From Amphiscolops sp. MND2022 (Eukaryota): a stretch of 64,000 nt of DNA. Position 1 is the stretch's first letter. Each line of letters opens with the position of its first letter. A program made the translations under genes and the position numbers. Where the stretch lies: positions 92,878,001 to 92,942,000 of the forward strand of contig OZ076409.1 of assembly GCA_964187785.1 (NCBI GenBank), written 5' to 3'. Shown one piece after another: positions 49,403-63,400 of the stretch. A model generated the notes under the pieces. The model was not told where the DNA came from. It saw only the letters and a program-made list of their open reading frames with translations, and ran no database searches.

Positions 49403-51028
49403 GCGGTAATGTACCTTTAGTTACCAGCAAAAGACTTTTCCAATGTTTTAATTTTTTTCTTACCTTTTCAATAAACAAACAAAGTGGCTAGCACAGGCGC
49501 TCTAAGCGTACGATTGGTCTCAAAACTGGCAACGCAACACTACATTTAGCCAGTTACGAGGAAAAAAAGAGCAAAATTGAGAAAGGATGTTCAGGAAGTC
49601 TTTTGACGTGGTACAGATGTACCGTACCTCTAGGTCCAACTAAACCTGATTTTTCAAGTGTAGTCCAAGTTATTCGTCCACAGCGTGGAGCTAGCAAGCT
49701 CGTTGTTTTTTCTACCAACGCAAAAACTGGCAAATCAAATCGTTTGAAATTGCGCCTTTTCAAGTACCTTTTGCACTATTTGCTATGATCAATTTTTACT
49801 GTATCGATTGTGGCGAAGCTTGGTAGTCACTGCCAGTGAGTATTTCCATTGCTATTGCCACGTGGTCCAATGGATGATTGGAGGCTTTTCACGCGTTTTG
49901 ACAAAGTGCAGATATTGAAATTTTGAAAAAATTTCCATGTCGAACTTCTTACAAATCTTCCGTGTGGGTCATTTGGACGATGATTACAGCTGCAACAACT
50001 TGGATGCAGCGTTGCCCTTTTGAAGTTAACGGCAGATAGTAACTGTATACGCCCGATAGCTGTCGAGCGCCGATAGTCATCAAGATTCGGAAAATTTTGA
50101 CTTATTACTGCTTTTTCTGACGTCAACACGTAGTTATTGGTGTTTTTCAACACTATGGCGTGTGTCCCAAAGTTATAGCTACACAGACGTGGCAATTACA
50201 TCTTAATACGCCACTCTCCCAGTCACATTTACTGGTGGTTTTCAGTAATCAAGATTTCTCATACAAAATGCGTTTAAAAGTACTTAAAAGTCTTTTCTGT
50301 TTGTCGTCTAATGGAGTTTCAAACGTCTGGATGTTTTACGCTACTTTTCAATTTTTCCAGTCCTGTGACTGATACCTAGAGAACTGGCTCCCATAGCATA
50401 GAAAATATGACAAAATCGCACTGAAAACAGCACTGTCTGCTGAACAATAAGGTGCCCACAAAATGTTGCCGGAGTGGACAATTGGCAACTTCCCACTGAA
50501 AAATGGTCGACGTCTAATTTTTCGTCGCCAAGCTCAGAAAAAATAGCTAACCAATGTTTAGGAGTTACACTCTCTTTCAGTCATTTCTTCTCACCCAGAC
50601 CAGCTAGAAGAAAAACAGTTTAGACCGTCAGCAACGTCTGCACTTGTTCCACGTTTCCGCCGAATACCATTCCCTTGAACGCTTTCACGAGAATGGGAAG
50701 GGAGAGTCGAAATTACTCGTATTACCCACTTTTTACTGAATCTGAACATGTGGATTGCCCATTTAAACACCCCGTACTTAGCCAATAACACTGACAAAAG
50801 CTTGAAATATCTGTTAAAGCATGTGTAACGTCTCTCTAGTGATTCGCTAGGACATTAGAGGGACCCTCTATTGAGAACCTACCATCACAGCAACGTACAG
50901 GGCAATGTAATTAGAAAAATCCTCTTGAAACAAAAACGAAGTTTTTGTGAACAGAATACATGTAATTCTATGTCTAGGCATATCAACTTAAACAATTGAA
51001 GACTTTCTGCTTAATTGTCTCCTTCCAG

Positions 51029-54000
51029 AGCCACAACTGTCTTGTACTGCGTCAAATACCACGTGGTTAGATTTTTGAAGACCATAAGACAGGTAAGTAT
51101 TCGGACGCGCTCTTTCTATGGTCGCCATAGGGGGTCTTCATGTAACGGCAAGCAGTAATCGACCTCCTAACACCTTACCGCTGTCGCGGAGATGGAGAAA
51201 CCTGTTGAATTGGAATATCTCCTGAGATTTTCGCCTATTACCAAATGTCCATTTTGCCGCCCGGATGATATTCATTCTGTGGGGCTGTACGGTTATCACA
51301 TGAAATTGATTACTTTACGCGTTTTTTTATTTCTAAGTGTCTCGGTCTGCTTTCAATTTTGTTTTTCATTCAAAATAGCAGAAACAACCAAATTACAGTC
51401 TCATGCCGAAATAGAATCATGTCTGGGGTTAACGCTCTGCCTATTAGAGGGTGACGTTACATCTTTTTCCATCCAAAAACATCAAAAAACCAAAGGGGGC
51501 CCTTTGGGCGGGAAAATGTTTTTTTTACAACCAAGAAAATCAAATGGACTCTCTTGAGAAAAATACGCAGTTCCAAAAATAACACTCAAGTTCCTTTTAA
51601 TCCAATTGTAACGTCCGGCTAGCGGCGCACATCCCGGAAGTGGGACAATGCCTAGGGTGCTTAAACAGGAGACCGTTGTCTTACTACACTCCTAGACACT
51701 GGCTTTTCTCCCAAAATGGTCTCCATGGGGGACTTTTCTCACGTCTAAGGAGGCTCCTCTAGTTAGAGCTCCGAGGCGACGTGCCGGCACTCTCAAAGTC
51801 CGGACACGCCCCACAAGCCTGTAAAAACGTATCCTAAGGTTTTTAGCACGTTCCTACGACTTCCTACATGCTTCCGAGGTCCAAAAAGGTGTCTAGCTGA
51901 AATACATTATATTGAGTGAATAAGGACTAAAATGAGGACCTAGTAGGTCAAACATTATCCAAATACGCTATAAACAGTCAAAGTAGGTGGGGATAGGCCC
52001 CAATAAAGTATACAGTTACAGTTCGGTGGCGATCATCGGCTTCCTGCCTCTGGCATCATTCCTCATCTTCGGGGCACAATGGTCTCATTTGGCACTTTTC
52101 TGCCAAAACCCTGTCTTTTTGCTGTCAGATGGCCGAATTCCTGATTCTCACGCCTTCTGGGTGATGACATCTCGGACATTCTCGTTCCTGGGTGGTGGGT
52201 TGGGTCTTCTGGTGGTGTTTTGCCTTTATTTTGCTTCCTCTACGGTTTTCGTACCTGCCGGGTCGGCCATCTTGAATGTGCTTGTTTGATACCGCACATT
52301 TCGAATTTTTGATCGAAATTTTCAAAAACTTCTGCAATGCCGACTGCCGGACGTTACATCCTCCCCGGGCCGTAGTTTGTCGTCCTCGACAAACGAGAGA
52401 GGACGTTCACATCTTGGTTGCCACCATCCAGTGATCCAGTGATACTGTTGCAACATGGTACTTCAGGAATCTAAATGGAAGTCGTTGCCCAAAAACACGT
52501 TATTGCCCAAAAACATGAGTTTTTGCCAGCCTAGCAGGCTTCCTTCGATTCCACACCAACAACGGGTTCTTGCACTGGAAAATATTAGCAACTTTAGACA
52601 CTTAGCTTTATATTCAAAACAATTTCAAACTTTTAATTTCGCACCAAAATTTCAAAATTTTTAGCACCTTATTGCATCTGCATAAAAAGCACTCATCACA
52701 ACAGGTTTGGCACTGGCCAGGGGCCCACCTGATAGGTTAGGTTTTACACAATGCACGATAGCACTTGAAAAGCGAAAAATGAAAGTAACAGCTGTGGTCT
52801 TGCAAAAGGGTCGTAGTTCATGGCCAACAGAAACTGCACAATAACTAGCACTAATGGTGAAACAGGCCTCAAAAAATCAAAAATATCACCAAAAGTGAGG
52901 ACACATTCAGTCTATTGTGTTAGCAGTGTACGCTCAGATATGAGTATTGTCTAGGTAGTACAAGCACCAGCGTATATGCAAGAGATGGAAACAAACTACT
53001 TCTCAAGAGGGGACAATGTCACTAACGATGATAGAGCAGAACCAATAAAAGTCAAAAATCAGGCATGATAGATCATGAAAACAGTCTTCGGCATTAAAAA
53101 CAAGTTCCAGAGCAATCATTCGGGTTCTAAAAGCACGGCCGCTGGCCAAGCAGTTCTCAGAGCTTCGAAGCTCTAGGTATTTCATCATGCTTGGTGTTGA
53201 CTTCTCTCGGGAGAGTATGGGTACTCCCTGGGCCAATCTCTTGTCCGGTGTTTTCACATCGACATGGTTCACGCAACTGTGGTACCGAGCACCAAAGTAC
53301 GCCATAGGCATGAATCGAGCAACGAACACTGATTTTTTGAGAAGTCTGCTTGGCTACAGATGTTAGATTGTCTGAAATGTCCGTTTGTCACTCATGCTGC
53401 CCTGCTTCTGGAGGGCACAAGTAATAACAAAAATGTGATTAGAGACTACCGGTAGACCTTGGGGTGAGTAGGACAATGGACACTGAGTTTGAAGTGCTTT
53501 CTTGCCTTACGATCGTAGCACGATCAGAAAAAGCGTTCTTTTTCGACTATGGTAGTCGCTACTGCACTTGTTGTCCTGTTTTGAGACGCACTGCGTACAA
53601 AGTCTAAACTTCTAAAAGTGCCTATAAACGCGCTCCAGTACCCGTAGGGCCCGTGGGGCACTGAGTATGCGTAATCTCAATGAACAGATTGCACTCAAGT
53701 GACTTTGATAGCAGCCGGGAGGCGAATTTCCATTTTCGGTTTTTCACCTCCATGTCTCATAGATCGGTTTTCTCAGAGACCCGAGATCTTAGGGTCAGCT
53801 TAGCACTATTCAAAGTGATTCAACAAGACGTCCTGAGGGCGCCGGGTATGCTAATGGGCTCGCCTTGGCCCTCACTGGCACGTACATTGACAAAAACTAT
53901 TGTAATTTTTTGCAACAATGCCCAACATCTACAATTTTCTCGTCAACATGCACCTCCGGACAAGGTGAAAATCACTTCTAGCGCTGCTAGCGATCTGAAA

Positions 54001-57000
54001 TTTTCACACCGTCTAATACACTGGCTGAATCGTGGGAAATAATTCTCCGATTGCGTCAAAATTGACCCTGTGGGTGTCACGGCCACTTAACAATGTTCAC
54101 TGAAAATTTGACTATGTCGTGAAATTCACAAAAAGTGGTCAAACTCGCCTTCTAGGCTTCCCACCCACCTGAAATTTTGCCTGCGAGCGTAATTTTTGCT
54201 CACGTATAAGAAAAACAGAGCGGCGAGGTGCCTTGATTAATATCTGGCGATATGAAGTGACAAAACCTTGATGTACCAGAGGTACCACTTTTTCGGGTCA
54301 AAAATCACAAAAATGTCAATTTCTCAGCTTCGGCTGGTAGTCGGCTGCTCAAATTGCACAAATCGTCGGGATTTGGTACCCCGAGGACGAAAATAGGAAA
54401 ATTAGGGTGCCGGGATATCCCGGAGATATCACACCAGGCTCAATCAAATTTTCGATTTTTCGGCAATTTGGTACACTTTCTGAACAAAACTGCGGCTAAG
54501 TTATCTCTGCGGGTATTCACAGTAGGGCTATCAAAATCACGCTACTAGCGTAACTTTTTGCGCTCTACACGATGGTGCAATCCGTTTTTAGCTCTTCTTG
54601 TTAGGAGAGATTTCGACTTGTTGAAAATACGAGGTTGCCGAATTCCGAAATTGACGCAAAAATTGTGCGTTTTCGACTATTTCTCAACAACCACTGCTCA
54701 GAATTGCTTGCGGTTTTCGGCGTTTGCAACGTTACGCTCTCTATTAACTGGAAATAGGCAAGCGAAACCTGGTAGGTTTCAAACAAGGTCTCTCACAAAA
54801 TTTCCCGATTGCACTTTTTACACCCTCGGAACAGTACTGAAAATACGTGTTTTCGTCAATAACCCGATGTTTTTTCGGTTCTCTGGTGTTCCGTTTGGTT
54901 TTATCAGTAGAGTTAGGACACGTAATAACTTTATTCAGGGGGCTGGGGTAGTTGCAATAATTATTTTGATTTCAATAACACTCAGGTCTATGGGGGTCCT
55001 TCACTCAGGTCTATTTTAATGAAAGAAAAGTGATGTTAAAACTTCAATTTATATTAGGGGCAGTCAAAAACCGTCTTGGTAGTAGTATTGCGTACTACCA
55101 AGCTCAACAACAAAATTTTTGGGCCGTTCAAGAGGCTTGGGAACAAACGCCCAAGGCTTTGCCCTTACCAAAATTGCTCAAAATGGCCAATTTTGCCTAT
55201 TTTTAAACAAAAATTGCTGAATTTTTCATGTTTTTCAAAAAAAACAGCCCAACAAAAAATTTTGTTCTCGACCTGATAGGTCTGACAGAACGTTTTTCAG
55301 GTATTCCCATAGGCCGTATACAATTCTACAAAATTCTGGCTTCCAAAACGGGAAAATTCGATATTTGAGCTATTATTAGTGTTATTTTCGATGTTTTCGA
55401 GCTCAAACTTTAAAATAACTGATGCAAACACCCTGTGGGTATTTTTCTCAGTTAGTTTATGCAAAAACAGGCGTGGGAATACTAATTTGGGGCTAGAAAA
55501 CGTAAAGGGAACGAAATAACCCAGCTGTCTTCGGTGAATCGGCACCAGGTGGGGAGGAAGAGGCTATGACGTGAAGCACCTGTAGTCCTGCACTCAGCTA
55601 GCTCGGGTCTTCACGAACCGTCCTCGCAGTCCCTGTACATTGCCGATTAGCTGAAAAGAAGCTGGAAAACCCGTTAAAACACGTTCCGGATAGGCCGGAA
55701 TAGCTCTTTTAACAAGTACAGATAAGGTGCAAGGGGGTACACTGTTTCAAACTGTCTTTTTCAGGCTGGAGACCTCGGAAACATGCAGGAAACGCAGGAA
55801 AAACACTAATACAAGGCCCAAAGGGCTAGAAAAAAGCAGTAAAAACAATCTAGGACCCTCCCAAAAGCTTCTCCTAGATCCGGACCTTACAGGGCAGGAA
55901 AGCAGGAGTTGCTCCTCGCAGGACGCGGTAAGGAAAAATATCCCTCTGTGGTCGCCATAAAAACTATTCCAGATGTAACGTCCGGCTAGCGGCGCACATC
56001 CCGGAAGTGGGACAATGCCTAGGGTGCTTAAACAGGAGACCGTTGTCTTACTACACTCCTAGACACTGGCTTTTCTCCCAAAATGGTCTCCATGGGGGAC
56101 TTTTCTAACGTCTAAGGAGGCTCCTCTAGTTAGAGCTCCGAGGCGACGTGCCGGCACTCTCAAAGTCCGGACACGCCCCACAAGCCTGTAAAAACGTATC
56201 CTAAGGTTTTTAGCACGTTCCTACGACTTCCTACATGCTTCCGAGGTCCAAAAAGGTGTCTAGCTGAAATACATTATATTGAGTGAATAAGGACTAAAAT
56301 GAGGACCTAGTGGTCAAACATTATCCAAATGCGCTATAAACAGTCAAAGTAGGTGGGGATAGGCCCCAATAAAGTATACAGTTACAGATCGGTGGCGATC
56401 ATCGGCTTCCTGCCTCTGGCATCATTCCTCATCTTCGGGGCACAATGGTCTCATTTGGCACTTTTCTGCCAAAACCCTGTCTTTTTGCTGTCAGATGGCC
56501 GAATTCCTGATTCTCACGCCTTCTGGGTGATGACATCTCGGACATTCTCGTTCCTGGGTGGCGGGTTGGGTCTTCTGGTGGTGTTTTGCCTTTATTTTGC
56601 TTCCTCTACGGTTTTCGTACCTGCCGGGTCGGCCATCTTGAATGTGCTTGTTTGATACCGCACATTTCGAATTTTTGATCGAAATTTTCAAAAACTTCTG
56701 CAATGCCGACTGCCGGACGTTACAAATAATTATCCGGAACTACAAATGGCAAGACCCTTCCGACCAATTTTCCGAATTGTAGATTTTGTGTTGTAGAATT
56801 TTTGGTCTCCGGCATTTGGCACGGTCATTTCGACCGGATTGAAAAAAAAAGAAACACTATGAAAAGTTTCAATAAATCGTTTTTTTTCATCAAGCCTCAA
56901 CTAAAAACGTCTGCGAAAAAGGCAATCAATTTGACAACTATTCAGTTTTGCATTTACTTGGAAATCACAATGAAATTGAGAATCAGTTGTTTGAGTCCAA

Positions 57001-60000
57001 TAACAATGGCAGTCATATTAGCCTTGTTGACGTCATCATCTGCTCAATTTTAGGACAAAGGCGATGTTTGGGTGGAGTATTACATCTACTTCGTGGGCTC
57101 TTACGGCCAGTTGGTGGGTGTGCCAGCTGTGTTGATCGTGGTCGCCAACCTCACTGTGTTCATGCACTTACGTGTGAAACAGACCAAACTTTCTCAGGGA
57201 TGCTCAAAAACAACTTTGGAAGAAACTTATGCCCCATAATGGATGACATAAGAGGAACTTTATACCCCGTGGAGTTGAAATACATGATAACTACATTCTT
57301 TGAGGTCAAGTTGACCCTTAAGGAAAATTGGTTACGCTAAAGTAGTAGAGTTTTTCTTTCAAAATACCGAACGTTTATAACTGATTTTATAACCTAAGTT
57401 TATAACCGAACGAGCTTTAAGAAGAACGGATATAAAGCCGATCTCACATCTGATTGGACGACGAAATGTGCAATTGTTTTACTAGGGGCTACCGAAGCAA
57501 CGTTTATGCATTCCGATTACATCCATTTGTCGGCTTTAAATTCTTTCGTCTTCAAGCTCGTTCGGTTATACAACCTACCACCAAGGGTGTATACCGTTCA
57601 AGCAAAAGCTAAATTACAGTACATAAGTTACTATTTTGCATAGTAATTTAGTAATCAACAATATAGTTATGTAATTCTAGTCACAAGATCCATAAAAAAA
57701 TAAGATTTTCTATTTTTGTATCTTTGTGCTCAATTGACTGTAAAATTGGAGGGGTGACTAGGAAATTGGCAGACTTACACATCAAATTCGCAATTAAAGT
57801 GAAATTACATACATTGCGGAATAAAAATCGACTGGGGAATTTATTCCCGTTATATATTCCCTAGTCCAATTTCATTCCGCAATGTATCTTATGTCACTTT
57901 CTCTGCGAATTGATGTGTATTTAATCTCTGCCACTTCCAACTTTTAGAGTCAATCGAGCAAAAAACACGAATAGAAATTCTTGAGAAATCAAAATCTCAA
58001 AGTACTACAATTTCCAATTTTCCGAGATTTGGATTTCTCCATTGAACCTCCCCGCCTGGTTAGATCTTATTGTATTTATTTCTAACCAAATAGCGTCCAA
58101 AATGCGAGAAAAACAATTACGCTTGCTATTTTAGGGGAGCAAGCTAGAGTGTTTCTAGCAATTCTAATTGTCCCCTCAAATGTAACTCTAGAATTGCTAA
58201 AATTATAATTGAAATTGTAGTACTAGCATTCTAGAGGAGCAAGCTGGGATATAGTCTAGCTTGCGATTTTGGACGGTTAGTTTAAACTAACCGTCCAAAA
58301 TCGCAAGCTAGACTATATCCCAGCTTGCTGTTCTAGAATGCTAGAACTACAATTTCAATTATAATTTTAGCAATTCTAGAGTTACATTTGAGGGGACAAG
58401 TATTTATCATCTATTTCAACATCGGATGTTATTCCTTGCGCAATTTAGACGAGATTCTTTAGACGATGTTCTTTTCCCGCTCATTTTTTGCCTTTTTTTC
58501 AGATATTTTAGAAGCAATACTTTAGGAAGCAATACTTTAGATATCCGTCACGTCGATTCATTCAGTAAATTGTTTTCAGGTTTTGTGTCATTTCTCATTT
58601 AAGAACTTTTCGAGGCTAGAATTGCCCCTCTGTACCAAACTACGAAATCAGTCTCCTTTTTGACAGTGCACGAAAAGTTTCCGACGTAACTTTAACCAGT
58701 GTGGAAGTTTATTATTTTCCGCCCACTTTTTATGGGGGAGGAAAATGATAACCTGTGTTGCGTTTTTTTCTTCAAATTTTGCCAAATCTCCACGATCTCA
58801 TCTCCACTCACTTTACCTAGTTACTTGACTATTTTAGTTACTTGACTATTTTAGTCACTAGTATTCAATATTGCGTTTTGCTAAGGAGGATGCAGAGGTT
58901 CGAAAAAATGGCGCTATATCCGAATTTTGACGTTATATCCAAAATAACTTGCGTTTTATCAAGAAGGTGGTAAATTTTCGATTAAGTGTCTATTGTCAGC
59001 CAATTTAAGGCGGAAAATATCCCGGTGCATAGCCAGCGTCTTGTTATATCATACTATCTATTTTCTTGCAAAAATATTTCAAAATGTCCTTTAAAGTCTT
59101 CTAGCTTTTCAAATGTGAATTTATGTTTCTCCACCGTGTTTTCTTCCATAAGGTCACTTTGTAAGGTCTTGAGTATTCTAATGTCGTAAGTATCATTGGT
59201 GAAGCGACAATTCGGACCACGCGCCGAATTCGGACCAAAGACAGATTCGGACCAAATGTATATATTCGGACCAAGGGTTACAGGCTAATTACAGGGGTAA
59301 TTTGGTCCGAATTTATATGTTTGATCCCAATCTGGGTTTGGTCCGAATTTGTATTTTGGTCCGAAATGTTGTAGAGCCAGTATCATTATGCCGCAATTTC
59401 GACGTTTTTGAGCACCCCTGGGCTGTATCTTCAGAGGGCCAAATCTGCACTTTACATGGTATCCGCTTCATCCATCATCTCTCTGATCATGATGATGGTC
59501 GCTGGGTGGGCCATCAGCAACGATTACGTCAGAATTGAAGACACAAATTACACGTAAATACCTGGTGTAATATCCCTAGTTGAGATTGATTGAACTTTTA
59601 ACACGGTGCAGGCCTGCATGCAGGGTATTTTTTCATAAAACATAAAAAATCCAGTAAGCATCCGGTGGCAAATCTTGTAGAACTACACTGCCTTTTCTTT
59701 CCAACACTGTACTTAAATTTGAAAATAAATCCCAACACGATCACTTTGTATTCCCACTTTGTATTCACAATTTGTTTTCTCATGTTGCCACAACTCATCT
59801 GATGTGAGTACCACTTCTCAAATAGTACTTTTAACATGAAGCTAATTTGCAGTTGATTCTACGATTGAAATTATTTTGCATTAAAATGGCGGAAAAACTG
59901 ATAGCAATTTAGTTGCATTTTAAACTAAAACTGTTTTTTTTTTGTGAAACTTTCCAAAAAAACAGTAAATTTACATGAAATTTTAAACAAAATATTACGA

Positions 60001-60487
60001 TCAACGACAATCCCGGGCTGGCATTCCATTCAATAACAGGCTGATCATAATTTTTACTTTATCAGGCCTAGTTTTTGAAAAATATTAAATTTTCGTTCAC
60101 GAACTTCAAATCTTTGCAAATTGCTTATTCTTCAAATTTTTCCAGATACATGTCAATATTTGTGCATATTTCTTGATTTTAATTTATATCGGGAAACAGT
60201 GTTAGTTTCAGCACTTAAGTTTTTGCAAGAAAAAGAACAACCCTACTGCAGTTTCATTGTTTCGTTTCAGTGTTGAGAAGAATTCGCTGAGTAACAGGAT
60301 TTATCGGATGCTAGCTCAACTCATGATTGGCGCGACCAATTCTACAAACTTCTTCATCTACATTGCATCAAGCTCTGTGTTCAGAAAAGGACTCAAAACG
60401 GTGATAAAAGGGTCCAAACCCAAAGCGAACTTCAACCGCAGATCCTCTATTTCACACCAGAGCCGAAGGCAGCCGGATACAAAGTGA
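51029..60487 (+). CDS. Host rhodopsin-family GPCR, 3' exons (ECL2 to C-terminus)
   Basis: Exons 51029-51092 (ATTVLYCVKYH..), 57054-57304 (TM5 GVPAVLIVVANLTVF; one-base frameshift ~57190), 59435-59553 (TM6 RAKSALYMVSASSIISLIMMMV) and 60271-60487 (TM7 ATNSTNFFIYIASSSVFRKGL). Splice phases are compatible. Upstream exons not located. Confidence 0.7.
51607..56724 (-). mobile_element. Non-autonomous LTR retroelement (LARD-like)
   Basis: LTRs 51607-52358 and 55974-56724 (TGTAACGTCCGG...CCGGACGTTACA, about 5 differences). PPT ggggagga next to 52358; PBS-like TGGCGACCACAG at ~55947-55958. No intact gag/pol in the 3.6-kb interior. TSD not clean (only AAT shared). Confidence 0.88.
57400..57572. repeat. 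MITE-like inverted repeat
   Basis: tataaccgaacgagctt...taaagccga / tcggcttta...aagctcgttcggttata. Confidence 0.7.
57705..57980. repeat. Imperfect foldback (old MITE)
   Basis: gctcaattgact..acacatcaa..cattgcggaat / attccgcaatg..ttgatgtgt..agtcaatcgagc. Confidence 0.65.
58168..58399. repeat. Near-perfect spacerless palindrome with 116-bp arms
   Basis: Centre gttagttt|aaactaac at 58283/58284; about 3 mismatches. Confidence 0.93.
58712..59045 (+). mobile_element. Second Helentron-like non-autonomous element
   Basis: Starts ttattttccgccca and ends ggcggaaaatatcccg...gcgtcttgtt, the same termini as 48165-48919 with a different interior. Confidence 0.7.
59204..59373. repeat. MITE with internal ATTCGGACCA repeats
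   Basis: Four attcggacca copies followed by inverted tggtccgaa copies. Confidence 0.75.
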
Positions 60488-63400
60488 CGTCATTCACTTG
60501 CGTCATCAGTTTCCGATCCGATAATGTCCAGACTTTTGCTACCGTTGTTTGAAATTGTTAAAAATCCTTTCAATGACTAAATATACTACGATTTTCCCAA
60601 TAACTTTCGGAAACAGGGTAAAAAACAGCAAAAAAATCGATTTCTTCATGAATGTTTACCTTTGTGGCTAACTATAGCATGAAGTGTAGAAAATATTGAA
60701 AATTTCAAGTATTCGCTCGGTTTTTCGGACAGATAAAGGTTTTCATTGACGGATATTATTTCCAGTTTGATATTTTTAGACTCAGATCGGCTTTAACTTT
60801 CGAAAATCTTCGGCACTAAAATTCAACTTACAGATTTGAAGTCTTACGTAGAGTTGGTTGCATGTGTTAGAACACTAAAATGTTTGAAAATCAACGATGG
60901 GCTCTAGAAGCATTATCGATTAAAATCCGCAACCCTTAAATCTTCAGATTAAAGTAAGCTGTTTGAATGGGGTACAATTAAAGGACTATAAAACAACCCT
61001 CATAGATAAAGGACTTTTGTTACTTTAGTGATAACTTCGTCCTTTATCCCCGAGTAATATTTATCGATTGAATTTGAAGACTTGATTTCCATTTTAGGAG
61101 AAGTAACTTGTCTGAGCTGCTAATTTCCTTCCTTTCGATAGGAACTTCGATAAACGTTTTCACCTCATCTCTGACGCCTTTTATTGAAAACCAATTTGTT
61201 CACATTTTAGCTGACATCTTTTGATTATAAAACGCTGGCTCTTCAAACTTGAAGCAAACTTGATTGTCGGAAAGGTGTTTAGTGACTTATTGACCCCGGA
61301 AGCTAATTGGTTAATTATAATTTCCTTAAAGTTTGAAAAGCTAGCGTTTCTTCAGAAATCAGCAACTTTTCTTAAGGCTCCAAAAAACTCAATCAACTTC
61401 AATCGGATATTTGACTTTTCGACACTTCGTACGTCTGTCAAATCTGGTTTGCTGATAATGATAGTTGATTTTCAAGTCGGTATAAATTTTGAAGCACTTC
61501 AGCTTTACTGGTAGTCGGCTACTTACTGGATGGAAGAACGATCTTGTAGAAATCCATTGAAAACGGTAGCAAAAGTTTTCAGATGGGATTCAAGAATTCA
61601 AAACCACGGGACATAGTAAGCAGGAAAGATGCCGAAGTTGAAAAACAATCAAATCCACCTACCGACCCCGAATTTGGCCACCAAGCGACGTTCTACACCC
61701 AACGCCCGAACACTTGATTCACTCTATGGAACTGAATTTGAATTTATTATCACTTTACACTCACTTTGCAATTCGAATTTACGTTTTTTTTTCATGTTTT
61801 TGACAATGCAAACGACTGAATGCAAATGATTGCAAACCAGCTCACAAGTTTCAACTATTTCTGGAGTAAGAACTTATGAAACTATTGTGTTCCTGGAAAC
61901 TATCGAAGGAAATTGCACTGCACAAATGCTCGAAAAAAGTTTCGTTCTAGAAAATGGCGTTCTTTGGGAACATGAATTAGACTAAAAAAACACCAGTTGA
62001 CTTTCAAAAGCTAAAAATATTTGTACAGTCCAAGCGAGAAGAACGTAATGTGAAACAAATTTCAACAAGAGACGCACTGGCAACCCTGGTTGAAACTGCT
62101 TGGACCTTAAGGCGGTATTCTGCTGATACGCTTTTAAAAAAGAATTAGACACTTTCCAGTTTCAATTCTTCGATAATACATCATCGGCATATGCAACTAG
62201 TTCTGTCATCGGCATATGCATATCTGTTATGAAAACTAGTTCAAGGACATATGCACATCGAATAACAGAACGGCTTTTCAAAACAAAGTATTTGTTGTAA
62301 CGGAACCCACTGGTACAACGAGATTTCAAATAAGTGTTTCGACCAAAGTACTTGCCAAAAAAGCAGTTCAGAAAACGAGGCAAGCCGCCCGCGGAGACGA
62401 CCGAGCAGGAACACTGAGAACTGAACAGCTGCAGAGCTGAGAGAACTAAAGACTCTTTTTGAGGCGCTAACCCTGGTTTTTACCGATTTTCAGCCTTATG
62501 CTACCCCAAGTAGCGGAAACCAATGAAATGAGTCTTTTGGATTAATTATCCTTGTTTGACACTTGGAGCATCTGCGCCCCAGCTTGTAGCTGTGTGGTTT
62601 GTCATATTCATGCTTTACTGTATTTTCATGGTGTTTGGCTGTATTAACTAGCTCGAGCGCTAGTTTTAGATACTATTCCGAATTTTAGACCTTATACCGA
62701 TATCACCCTGAAGATGGAAATTTACACTGTTAATCCTTGGCAATGTTTTTAGAGGCTGTTGAAATGGTAGTTGTGAATAGAAAAAAGAATAATGCCCGTT
62801 ATTCTCAGCAGTTACAGACTGGACTCAGGCCGGAGAGCATCCTTCAAGACGGTTACCACTCCTCGGGACCAGCAACCCTTAGGAGGTAAAATTAGCTGGT
62901 GTCATGGTGGTTTGTCCCGGACCATATCCATGGCACCAGTTCCTTCACCCTACCGTCACGTCACAAACGCTTAGCTCTTGCCGATACATGTCTTGCTTCC
63001 GTCCTCCTAAGATCCATTCAAGTCCCAGAAATATTTTTAAAATTTCGACTATACGGATCTTGATTGTTATATGTTTTGACGGGAACCTTTCAAATCTCTT
63101 AAAGTGCATTTTTTGAGAAGACTCTCATCAGAGAAATAAGCAACAAATAACCAACGATGTCATCTTTGAGACTTTAAAAACCTTATTGCTCGACAGACAA
63201 ACATTTAAAAAAACAAAAGTTGTTGGAAAAGAATTTTTCGAGAATAATTATGGATTTAAAAAATTTTGAAAAAGTTATTCGAGAAGTCGCACAGTAGTGA
63301 TGCAATGTCCAGAAGTTACCCTCTCAGCTCCAAAAAAATTTTCTGTAAAAACAAAAAAATCAGTAAGAAAATTGCGGAACACAATCCCACGGTACCGATA

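Noticed and set aside
49408..51000. Degraded retroelement remnants (HLYHVKRL-like peptide)
   Set aside because: Too decayed to assign boundaries or family.
56802..57340. Secreted-peptide ORF (MKLRISCLS..) and 130-aa ORF
   Set aside because: Better explained as intron plus the GPCR TM5 exon in another frame.
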